The translations under genes and the position numbers were made by a program. A DNA stretch of 64,000 bases from Cirrosporium novae-zelandiae (taxonomy: Eukaryota), in contig JAPETS010000058.1 of assembly GCA_026023565.1 (NCBI GenBank), forward strand, positions 1 through 64,000, written 5' to 3'. The notes below the pieces were generated by a model. It saw only the letters and a list, made by a program, of their open reading frames with translations. It was not told where the DNA came from and ran no database searches. Each line of letters opens with the position of its first letter. The first letter of the stretch is position 1. Positions 50,501 through 62,111 of this stretch are shown piece by piece.

Positions 50501-53500
50501 TGCCCACGAATGCAAACGGGAAAATTGATCGAAAAGCAATTACCAGATTGGTGATGGATCTGAGTGACTCGGAAATTAATGATTTTATCTATCGCAAAGA
50601 GAGCCAAACTACCTCTAGCCTGCCATTAGTTACAGACGCGGAGAAGGCCATCGCGGAAGCAATGAAGAAGGTTCTAGGCACTGATAAGATTGACGCCTCC
50701 AGCAATTTCTTCTCCCTATCCGGAGACTCTATCTCGGCAATTCGTCTGAATAGTACACTCAGATCTGTGGGATATTCCATTACCGTCCAAGATATCTATG
50801 AAAACCCTGTTGTCTCACAGCTGGCCGCCTCCGTCATGTCCAGGACTACTCCAAATGACCAGAGGATCAATCTCAGCCCCGCTCATGGAAAGCTACATGG
50901 AACACCAATTATTGAATGGTTTTTCGGGTTGCAGAAGCAAAACCCACATTGGTATAACCAGAGCTACGTACTCAGGATGAAAGATATGGGAGCATTGCAG
51001 AACATGCCAGCAGCTTGGGCTAAGGTGGTCGAAGTACATCCAAGTCTACGCCTAAGATGTGATCTTAGCTCCGAAAAGGCTGCTGTACACATCCCAGAAT
51101 TCACTTCAAGCACTGACTGCTTGGTGACAGAGCATGGAATGTCTTCCATGGATGAATTTTCGGAGTATTTGAAAAAAGCACAGTCATCTCTTTGCATTGA
51201 AAATGGACCGATTTCAGCACTTACCTTTGTTACAACCGCTGAAGATACTTATTGTATCATTGCAGTACACCATCTAGCCATAGATATCGTGTCCTGGCAG
51301 ATCATCTTTGATGATCTAGAAAAAGCCTTGAGAGGAGAAACAATTGCACCAGAATATAACTCCTTCCGGTCATGGTCTCTGTACGTTCAAGAGCAACAGA
51401 ATTCTCGAAAAGCTTCAAATTACCTTCCAGAAGTAGACACCTCTCTACCACCCGTCCGCACCAATTCTGGGATCCTTGACGACTTTGCAGGAAAGATGGA
51501 CAAGAATACTAATGCATCTGCTCGGATAATCAATGTGGAACTCTCTTGGGAACTCACAAAGTCTTTCTTGACAACTGCCAATAAACCGTATCGTACGGAA
51601 CCTGTCGATTTACTGCTAGCTTCCCTAGCCATGGCAATGTCCAAGTGGCGACGTCTTAGCTTGTTCGAGGTCATTTTCGAATCGCATGGCCGAGATTTCA
51701 AGAATAGGAGCCTAGACTTTTCCAGAACAGTAGGATGGTTTACATATCTTTTCAAGATACTCTTGACTATAGATCACGACACCTCTATTGGTGATTTTAT
51801 TGCTCACGCAAAAGATTCTAGACGTGCAGCGAACCAGGCCCTTGATTTTACGCACGACGCAGCAGTCCGCAGTCAGTATCCTACCATCATGTTCAACTAC
51901 CTTGGGTCTTATTCCAGAGAAGAATCGGGTACTTCATTCAGCATGGTCCACAGAGAGGAATTAATGGGAGCAGTTGAAGACCCTAACAATCTGCGACCCT
52001 CCGTACTAGACATTAGTTGTGCCGCAACCGACGGAATCTTAGACCTGAGTGTTATATTCAGTGATGCTCTTCATACTGAAGATGATATCCAGGTTTTGTT
52101 GAACGCTTGGCGTGGGTCGCTACAGGAAATCCTCGATTTCTGCTCTGTCCATGAAAACGAAACTGTATTTACGGGAAGTGACTTTCCGATGTTGCCATTT
52201 GATGCCGGGAGCATAAACCAGTTGGTAGAGAAATCTCTGCTACCACAGGGTATATCTGTTGATTCAGTCGAGGATATTCTTCCAGCGACAGGTATGCAAA
52301 ATGCAATGCTACTAGCAAGCCAAGAGTTTGGATCCTATCAAGAAATGTATCGCTATCGTATCGAAGGAAACTTGGATTGTGCAAAATTCCAAGCAGCTTG
52401 GAGCCAAGTTATCCGCAAACACAGTTCGCTAAGAACCGTCTTTATACCTTGCGACGGATTTCAAAGCGTGCTGAACAGCGAACTACTGCAAGTCATTATT
52501 AAACCTACACATTTCAATGTGCAAGTGAGTCTAGAACGACCCCAGGAATCCAGCCCAGGCTTTGAGTATGGCCAACCACTTATTCAGCTGTCTCTTTATA
52601 AGATAGGAGCAGAGCAATTTGAATTCTTATGGACCTGTCACCATGCAATTGTCGATGGTTGGTCAATGGGTGTTATCATGAATGACCTATACCAGGCTTC
52701 TGGCAACAATCTAAGCCAACATGCGCTCCAATTCAAAGACATTGTTGCATTTGTCAATGCTGAGCATAACCAGGACCAGACGAAAAAATTTTGGCAAAAT
52801 GAGTTAAACGGTCTCTCTCCTACTATTTTGGTCGATTATTCAAACAGCCCACAACAGCAAATTCCCAGTCCGCAGAATTCGCGCATCGTTCAGAGCTTAC
52901 ATTGTTTAGCAGAAGATGCGAAACTGTGTGCTGCATCACGAGGAATGACCATATCCTCTCTCCTCAGAGCGGCATGGACACTGGCGCTTTCATTTCATTG
53001 CGGCGAAAATGAGGTAAGTGCATTTTTAATAATTGATAGGTCATAAGACCTTAATATGTAAATCAATATACTGATAATGAGTACTCTAGGTCATGTTTGG
53101 TGTCACTTCTTCGGGGAGACATTATAACATTCATGGGATTGAGGGGGCCGTTGGACCTTGTATCACCACTGTTCCGTTTGCAGTGAACATTGAGTCAGAA
53201 TCTACACTCGATGTTTTTCTAGAACAGATCAAAAAGAAGGATTCCGCTATTCTTTCACACCAGTCTATGTCATTGGGACAGATATACAAGGCGACAAATT
53301 CTACCAACCTCTTCAATACTCTTCTGATTTACCAGAACCATCCGAAATACGATGATAGAACAGCGCAACCATTCTCTATGCATCTAGAATATTTCGAGGA
53401 GACAACAGATGTTCCATTGAATCTTTTAGTCGGACAGAATAATGACAATGAATTGTCTGTCACAGCACTGTTACATGGCAATCACTTCTCGGACAAATTT

Positions 53501-56318
53501 ATGAAAGGTGTCATTTCAAGCTTTGGCATGGCTTTGCAGCAAATATGCCACAACCAAAATCTTACACAGACCAAGATTAGAGAACTTGACTTGCTGGACA
53601 AATCATTCCATCCCAAAATTGAAAAGAATGAGCATGAATGGTCAAGTCAAGATCTGTCAGTATGGAACTTGTTTGTTCAACAATCAATGAAAACACCAGA
53701 TAAGGCTGCTTTGGAATTCTACTCTTCTCAGGGAATGGAATCTTTGACTTATTATCAGCTGCTAGAAATGTCTAGGAGAGGTGGCGCAACTTTGAGAGCT
53801 GCAGGTGTTACGAAAGGAGGTCGAGTTGTACTGTATCTTGACAAGTCTTTGGAAACAGTTGCAGCAGTATTTTCCGTGCTCTCAATTGAAGCTGCCTATG
53901 TACCGATTGAAGTTGGCACCCCTGTGGATCGAATTTCCGAACTGTTGCAGCAGTCAAATCCAAGATTGATTATCACTTCCAGTCAATCCGCATCACTCTT
54001 CTCTCCATCAGGTCGACAGGTGTTACCCATAGAAGATATCTTCAATCAAGAAAATGACATTTCAGGCCCACCACAACAACATGAAGATGTATCTAACGAT
54101 CTAGCAGCAGTCTTGTTCACCAGCGGTACTACAGGTGTTCCCAAAGGAGTCTGTATGCCAAATCGGCAAATTGCTGGATATGCTTTGAACATGGTTGAAG
54201 CATATGGATATGATCAAAACAGCGTTATATTCAATTTCGCAAGATACATATTCGACGTGTGGATTACCGATGTATTTGGCGGCTTCTGTTGCGGTGCTAC
54301 AGTGTGTATTGCAAACCAGAAGGATACCGTCAACGATCTGACGTCTCTTCTGAAACGATCGCGAACAACTGCCATCAATTTAACATCATCAGTAGCGGCA
54401 CTACTTGACCCAGAGGAACTACCTGATTTGAAATCAATGGTTTTAACTGGCGAGCCTGCTACTAAACATCTCATAAGCCTATGGGCCCCAAAGGTCTATC
54501 TCGTCAATTCTTATGGTAAGCACCACAATTCTCTAACTTGTCATTTTATTAACTTTGATAGGCCCTACTGAGGCTGCCGTTATTGCCTGGACGGATGTTC
54601 ATTCTTCTAGTGATAGCAGATGTGTTGGTAATGCTGTAAGAGGTATGGATATAGTGATCTTGGATGATCATCTTCGAAAGGTTCCTGTCGGCGTTCCTGG
54701 TAACCTATACACGTCTGGATTTCAACTATCTCTTGGTTACTGGGGTCGACAAGATTTGACAGCAAAGGCCTATGTGAACAGTCCGTTCGAAAAGGGCACA
54801 ATAATGTACTCCACTGGTGATATCGGCGCCTACGATTCAAAGGGAAAAATCCTTCTCTTGAACAGAAAAGACAAGCAAGTGAAACTAAGAGGTCAAAGGA
54901 TAGAGCTTGGAGAAATCGAAAACGCCATTCGACAGGCACATCCCAGAGTTACAGTGTCTCTGCTTCCAGACAAGCAAGGAATTCAACAGCTTATTGCGTT
55001 TTTTGAGTCAGACTCTGATGATGTTGCATTAGAAGTCAATCGCCAGCTTACTGAGCTCATTCATCGTGAGGCCCGTCGACTATTGCCTAGTTACATGGTT
55101 CCGGCAGCTTATATTCCATTGCGTCAAATACCACTCACAGTCAATGGCAAAGTTGACAGCAGGACACTAGAAAGCATATACCAAAGCCATATTGATTCGA
55201 CAACGTTATCCAAGCAAGCTCAGCAAAGTACCCGACAAAATCTCACCACAACGGAACGCGCTTTACAAGAACAAGTCAAGAAGATATTTGGCGTCTCCGA
55301 CATGTCTATTGATGTCGACCTCACCACGTCCATTTTGGACTCGCTATCATCAATGCGGCTGGCTGGGAGCCTGCGACGCTTTTTTAAACTTCCCATCAAC
55401 CTGAAATGGATCATGGAAAATCGCACGATTGAAGACCTAGCCAGTAAAATTGATTCACACATTGCATCACGCGATCAAATGACCGTCGCGCAGCCAGAAC
55501 CAACTAGTTCTTCAGCTGTGGTAGAGTCTGTCGTTGAATTCTCCAAGCTTGACGGGAATACTGTCAAAAAGAGACTGTTCTGCATTCATCCAGCATCAGG
55601 TCTTTCATTTGAGTTCCGGAACCTCGTCAAATACCTACCACACATGAGTATAACCGGAATCAACGACCCTAACTACGGAGTCAAAGATGCATATCCCGAC
55701 ATTCCTACTATGGCAAAAACATACGTAAGTCTCCCCAACAAGACCAACCAAACCGTACCATCCCCCATTCTAACAAAACCTCCTCTGTAGCATTCCATAA
55801 TCACCAAACTCCAACCCACAGGCCCCTACTACATAACAGGCTACTCCTTCGGCGGGCACGTCGCCCTCGAACTGGCCCGTCTCCTCCACCAATCCAACAA
55901 CAAAGTAACCCTTGTCCTGGTCGACTCCTCCGCCCACAACCCACCCCCACCATCCATAACCCCCCGCCTCGTCTCCTCTGTCATAAACCGCTTCGGCATG
56001 AAACCCCCCAACGCCTCCTGCACCCCAGAAGAACACAATCTCCGCACCAACATGGTCGCAGAAGTCGAACGAAACTTGCATCTCATGAGTCGCTATACCC
56101 CCCAGCCATATGATGGGCCCGCGGTGTTTTTGAGGGCGTATGATGACGAGGAGGAGGAAAGGACGTTTGTGGGGGATCGGTCGAATGGGTACGAGGCTGT
56201 TATTGGGGACTTGGAGGTTTTACCACTATATGGGAATCATTACAAGGTGTTTACGGATAAGAGATTTTTGGATCATAATGCAGGGGTTTTTGGCACTGTT
56301 TTTGATAATGACAAGTAA
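35515..56318 (+). CDS. Hexamodular NRPS A-T-C-A-T-C-A-T-C-A-T-C-A-T-E-C-A-T-TE, 10 exons, about 6,747 aa
   Basis: Introns at 36407-36459, 36774-36865, 44995-45078, 45776-45822, 46623-46670, 50102-50149, 53014-53089, 54516-54561 and 55725-55790 give a 20,244-nt in-frame CDS. It has six TSGS/TxGxPK A cores. T motifs are GLSSL, GGDSI, GLNSL, GMDSF, SGDSI and ILDSL. C motifs are HHISMDE, HHAITDG, HHILVDE, HHIIADE and HHAIVDG. E motifs are HHLAIDIVSW, ESHGR, SRTVGWFT and FNYLG. TE motifs are LFCIHPASG, GYSFGG and GNHY. Confidence 0.95.
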
Positions 56319-56501
56319 AATAAATAGATGGAATAGATGGGGTATTTGTAATCCATCATCTGCAGCATATGTATTGATAGGTAAATACAACTAGGATAGG
56401 ATATTCGATAGACTATCGGATATAAAAACAATACATACAAGTACTGTACACATAATACTCTATCACGATTCCTTACCTGACCACATACATACATACCCAA
56501 T

Positions 56502-56821
56502 CAGGGTAGTAACTACTAGACTAGACTAGACCAGACCAATATAGTCCAGTCTATTACCCCAGCACCACCTCTATAACCTAATCTCCCCACCCCACCCCAC
56601 CTTAGATCCTAAACAACAACTAATCTAGTGTTATGAATAAGATCCGTGCTCCGAAATCCATTTAAGCCTCTCTCTCTCTCTCTCCATAGATATATAAATA
56701 AATAAATAAATACGAATTACGAAATAGACTAGTGAGGGGAGGGGGGGTATATTTTTTATATATATTAAGGGTTGATTGGTCTGGTCTAGTCTGGTCTGGT
56801 CCTGGTCTATCGACAACGCTG
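56502..56821. mobile_element. MITE-like element, copy 3, just downstream of the NRPS
   Basis: The right end in reverse complement (CAGCGTTGTCGATAGACCAG) is nearly identical to the left end of the 3012 copy (CAGCGTTGTCGATGGACCAG). AGACT/AGACC units occur near both ends. The left end is approximate. Confidence 0.55.
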
Positions 56822-56946
56822 CGTATAGACTAAGTTATATGGACTGTACAGTAGGGCTATCTCATTGTTCTTTTGTTTGTCAGTTGGGTTTAGGGATTAA
56901 GTCAGATGCAATTACTTGTTGGTTGGTTAGTTAGTTCTGTGCTACA

Positions 56947-58681
56947 TCACAACCTCGCTCTTCCCTCTGGGGTCTCCTTCTCCTTTTCCCTTTCATTTTC
57001 CCTTTCATTTTCCCTTTCCCTTTCCCTTTCCCTTTCCCTTTCCCTTTCCCTTTCCCATTCCCCCACACCTCTCCAATACCTATCCCTCAATGCCAAAATC
57101 CCAAACCCCTTTTCTCCCCACCAATCTTCCCATTCCGGTAACTCATACCCCCCCTTCCCCTCCCTTTCCATTTCCCCCATCCCACCCGACCCAGCAAAAT
57201 CCCTTAACCACCGAAAATAATCCCCAAGATCCGGATATATGTCATGGAAATGCGATGTGGGACCCTTGGATTGGAGGAGGGATTCTTCCCATTGGGTTTG
57301 CGTAGAGAGTGGGGGGAGAGGACGGGTGGAGCGGTTGGAGAGGTGGCGGGATATGGCGAGAGCTTGGTATTCGTAGATTCGGAAGGTGAGGGAGGTGCGT
57401 GCCTAGTTTGAATGGGGGGGTTAATTGGGGCCGGGGGGGGAAGGGGAGGAGGGATTTACCTGTCCTATTACCACGAGAGAAGGGTCCGAGATCTGGAAGA
57501 TATGCTGATAAAATCCCGCTAGTCTATTTTGCGGGGTCACGGGGTTAGGTTTCAGAAACGGGTAGGACAGCCGATATCCCGTCGCAAAGATGATCTTGTC
57601 GAAATTGTCCAGCTTAGTTCCATCTGCAAATTCAAAGGTTCCTCCGTTCTCTGGAGTTATTCGGGAAATAGGAGGTTTGCGGTGGACGTTGGGGAGGTTG
57701 AAGCTGGATTGGAGGGCTGGGTTCTCATTTCTTTGGGAGTTGTAGAGGGGGGCTGAGACTATATCGTAAATGTCGTTGACGAGGTCGGCGGCGGAGATGT
57801 TGCCGCCTACGATTAGGACCTTCTGTAAATGCGGGTCAGATTTGTTTTAGTTTGGGGGGTAGGTGATGAGGGGGGATGGGGGGGTGCTGGTGGGTGTACC
57901 TTGGAAACATAATTATCCGGCGACCGATAGGCCTTTGAGTGTTCGAATTTTTCTGGAAAGGCCTTATAGGCTTCTTCAATCCCTGGAATGGCTGGTACTA
58001 GTCCTATATTGTAATTACCAGAGGCAACAACCACCGCATCGAACCTCTCTTGCCACCAGTAGTCCTTGGCTTGTCCCTTGGGAATATGTCCACTTTGCCG
58101 TAACGTCAAGATCCATTCATCCCCAACTTTTTCCACCTTCTCCACGGTTGTTCGAAATGACACAAGGTAAAGATAGTCTTTGAAGAGGTCCTCGATGTAT
58201 TCCGCAACAACTTTCCATGGGCGAGTGGGGTTCTGCTGACCGTACCGCTTAACTGACAAAGCGGAATTGGCCATGGGTAAAGGCGTATGCGTGAATGCCA
58301 TTGTCTCAGCACCGATGTTGCTGTCAAGTCCATCATAGATACCTGTACGTGCAGTAACGTCTTCTGGCTCCGGGGGAGTAAACTCAGGGTACTTGGTGGG
58401 ATAGTTTATCTTCCGCGAACTCTCCTCGGTCGTCGCGAAAACGTCAGGTACAGGATCATAATGCCTACCAGGAATAACTATCAATTAAACCCTCTCTTTT
58501 GTTCAAATCAACTCTAAGGAATGGAATTTTTGAGGATATACCAAAGTCCCCCGACGCTTCCTTTCCTCTCAAAGACTCGAATTGTATCAAAGTATTTCTC
58601 GTCTGACAATGCGCGTACGGCTGCGACTCCGGAGGGACCTGCACCAATGACAGCGATGCGACGATAAATGGGAGGGGTCAT
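56947..58681 (-). CDS. Flavin-containing monooxygenase (FMO, thiol-specific FMO1-like), about 4 exons
   Basis: VIGAGPSG FAD motif, VFER...GGLW, FDAVVVASG, FMO fingerprint EHSKAYR, VGGNISAAD and FATGY. The C-terminus runs through a (GAAAGG)n microsatellite encoding an ER repeat. Confidence 0.88.
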
Positions 58682-59262
58682 GATTGATAGGATGCTCTTA
58701 AGAACAGAAAATGAAACAACAATGAAAAGATTTATCTAGGATACATCATTTGGGCACGCTGCAACATTCTTTTTTATTGTGTAACCCTTGGATGTATAGT
58801 AATAGGTATTTATTATTTTGTCAGCTCGATTTACGGCGGTGTACTATACATGCATGTATGTAATATGTGCTTACTGGCCTTCTGATCGAGTCGTTGTGTT
58901 AAGGTTGTTTGTTAGTGCTGAGGTACCTAGGTAAGTGTGATTTTGTGTATGGTTCTTTATTAAATTTATCCAAAATATTCTAGTTATACTATCTAGTCTT
59001 GGCACGGCATCTTCCGAGATCTTTAACAGAAACCACATAAGTAAGATTGCAACAACTCATGATAGCTCCGATTAGGGCTTCTCTGAAATGCCCTAATCAA
59101 CAAACACAGTACAGGACTAATCCCACTTTGGTCAACAAGTGGATAGCTTCAAGCTTCAAGCTTCAAGCTTCAAGCTGAGAGTCTATAACAACCTCTAACG
59201 ATATAACGATAACCAGAGAGACCTAATTACTTCGAATTAACCTAATTAACGTATCTAGAAAA

Positions 59263-61445
59263 ATGTCCAAACCCGCTATCATATCCGCACTCCGCCCCCC
59301 ATCTACGAGACCCTATCTCCTCCGTCATAGAACCAAGAACCCCGCCACCAATGCCAACAACCAACCAACAACACCAACACCATCAGCAACCCATCAACAG
59401 GAACAAGAAGACCAAGAACAACAAGAAGACGCCCACTCCATAATCGCCCCCTCAAAGCACACTCCAAAAATCTTCCAAAAAATAACCGGCTCCCTCTCCT
59501 CCACAGGCCCCCTCCTCCATCCATTCCGCCTACTCCGCCAAGACCTGCAAAACCTCCGCCAGAGATACATCTCGGACTGGACGACCTTCAACCAGCAGAT
59601 CGTGGCGAGTGCCGTGTTCGTGTTCTTCACGAATCTGCTGCCGGGGATTACGTTTGCGAGCGATTTGTATGTGCTGACGGGGAGGAATTGGGGGACTATT
59701 GAGGTGGTGCTTAGTACGGGGTTGTGTGGGGTTGTATTTTCGCTGTGCGTGCTTATTTTTATTTTATTCTTATTTTTTTTTTTTTTTGGATACGGGGTTC
59801 TTTTGGGGAGTTTCTTTTCTGTTGGGGTTTGGTGCTTTTGTTGTGTGGGATATATCCTGTTTGAAGTTAAGGGGTCAAGAGTGCGAGACATGTTGCCATA
59901 ATATATGCCAAAGAATTAATAACATCATTCGTTCATTCATACCATCCATCCGCCCCTCCCCCCTAAAAGTCCTAACCACGAAACCAACCCCCCTTCTCTC
60001 ACAGTCTCTCAACCCAACCCCTCACAATCCTGGGCGTAACCGGCCCCTTCACCGTCCTCGCCGAAAACATCTCCTCCCTCTGCACCACCACCTTCCACAT
60101 CCCCTTCCTCCCTTTCATGGCCTGGACTCTCCTCCACTCCACCTACCTGCACTACCTCCTCGCGATCCTCAACGCCCACGACTGGACCATGCGCTATGCA
60201 ACCACCTTCACCACCGAAATTTTTTCTCTGCTCAACAGCATCATCTACTTTCACAAAGCGATCCAGGAGCTCCAGCGGGTTAAAGAAGGGTTGTCGTTTG
60301 CTGCTTTTCTGTATGCGGTTTTGGGTGCTAGTTTTACGACTTTGGTGGCGATTTTTTTGAGTACGGCGGAGAGCTGGAGGCCGTTGTTTCCGAGGGTGGT
60401 AAGGACGGCGTTGGCGGAGTATGCGGCGGCGATTAGTATTGTGGTTTTTATTCTGGTTCCGCATACTAATCCTGACCTGAAGGCGCTGGATACGCTCTCG
60501 CTACCAGTGTCAACCTCCTTCACACCCACATCCCCAGAACGCACCACATTCATTGTAGAGTTCTGGACGCTGCCGCTTCGATGGGTGTTTGCGGCGATGA
60601 TTCCAGCAGTCATAATCACGATCTTGTTTTTCTTCGACCATGAGGTTTCAAGTATTATTTGTACGATTGATCGGTACAATACGCGCAAGCCGGCTGGGTT
60701 CGCGTGGGATGTTGTATTGCTGGGTACGACGACGGGGTTATGTGGGATCTTGGGTATCCCTCCTGCGAACGGTCTCCTCCCACAGGCACCGCTGCATTCG
60801 GAATCGCTGATGCATGTTCCGAAACCCACATCCTCATCTCCACCCTCATCCCCAGAATCATCACAACCACAACCACAACAACCCCGCGTCCACGAGCAAC
60901 GCTACTCCCCCCTCCTCGCCTCAATCCTAATACTCCTCTTCCTCACCCCGCCCCTGATGCACCTCCTAGGCCTAACCCCCACCTCCGTCCTCGCCGGACT
61001 CTTCCTCTTCATGGGCCAGCAATCCCTCTCCACAAACCCCATCCTCTACCGCTTCTTCTACCTCCTCACTCCCCCATCTTCTTTGCCCCCACTACCACCA
61101 GGGGTTTCTTCGTATTGGCCTGTACATGGATATACGTTGTTGCAGATTCTGGTTACGGGGGGGGTGTTTGGAGTTACGCTTACGAGGGCGGCGCCGATTT
61201 TTCCGGTATTGGTGGTGGCGTTGGTGCCAGTGAGGTTGGTGGGGATGAGGAGGGTTTGGGGGAAGGGGAGTTTGCGGTTTTTGGATGCGTGGGCCTGTAG
61301 GGGGGGCAGGCCGGAGGATGAGGACGAGGTGGAGGAGGGGGATGGCTTGGGGGATGGTGTGGTGGTTGGAGACGGAGGTGAGGTTGAGATGGGGGTGTTT
61401 GTGGGTGAGGGAGGAAATGGGGGGAGAAGTGGGGGAGGGGTGTAG
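59263..61445 (+). CDS. SLC4/HCO3- cotransporter-family boron efflux transporter (BOR1-like), intron about 59745-60004
   Basis: RYISDW, FFTNLLPGITFA, QPLTILGVTGP, ILFFFDH, GIPPANGLLPQAPLH, VHEQR and VLAGLFLFMG. Confidence 0.9.
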
Positions 61446-62111
61446 GGTAGAGATTAGATAAGGTAGGTGGTTGATTGTGGTATTTTTTTCTTTTTTGGGG
61501 GGGATTGATTACTTGAGCCTATTCTAGTTTGTTTGGCTATTAGTTAACGGTGTTTTGTCGGAGGTCTTGGGATACCATATCAAAATGATCATGTACAGTA
61601 CAAGGAAACAACTGTGGATTTTAATTCTTATTACCGACTTTACATTTGCCCCTTCATTGGAGCGCATAGTTATTTCCTGGAAATCCAAAAAACGAGCTTC
61701 TCAAGTCTTGAAAGCCCTTTGAAACGCATTGGTTGCCTTGAAAATAGATGTGCTCATGCTGCAATTGGGCGAACTTCGGAGGGCAACCGCCAGCCCAGCC
61801 GAGTCGGAGGAGGTGCTATCGAATCCAGCCCCGAATCACCTGCTTCCAGAAATCTTTTGACCTTCGGACTGGAGCTATCAGAGTCTAAGTCCGAGTCCTT
61901 TGTTCCAGGAACTTTTTGATCTTCTCGTTAGGGGTGTTAGAGTCTAGGTCCAGGTCGTCTTGTTCCAAGAATTCTTGAGCCTCCTTAGAGGTTTCGGCGG
62001 AGTTGTTGAATTCTTGGGCCAGGTTAGCATGGGAGTTTCGTTTTAGATTGGCTTTGGCTTTTGACCAACTATCCTGTTCAGATCATCAGAGCTTAGGAAG
62101 CTAACGTCCAT

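Noticed and set aside
37300..55462. Numerous antisense or alternative-frame ORFs within the NRPS and other genes
   Set aside because: They are short shadow ORFs of real coding sequence with no motifs
35515..56318. Several separate NRPS genes or a frameshifted pseudogene, as the ORF track suggests
   Set aside because: Every break coincides with a GT-AG intron with a plausible branch site, and splicing gives one continuous frame
29497..56318. Echinocandin/pneumocandin cluster
   Set aside because: There is no T0 starter, acyl-AMP ligase, P450s or homotyrosine genes. An E domain and a TE are present instead of C(T).
35515..56318. Ferrichrome-type siderophore synthetase or ACV synthetase
   Set aside because: There are no T-C repeats or ornithine monooxygenase, and there are six modules rather than three. 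The IPNS-fold oxygenase is a generic 2OG type paired with a P5C reductase.
57300..57330. Frameshift in the FMO at a G6 run
   Set aside because: Recounting shows the frame is continuous (RPLPPLSTQTQWEE)
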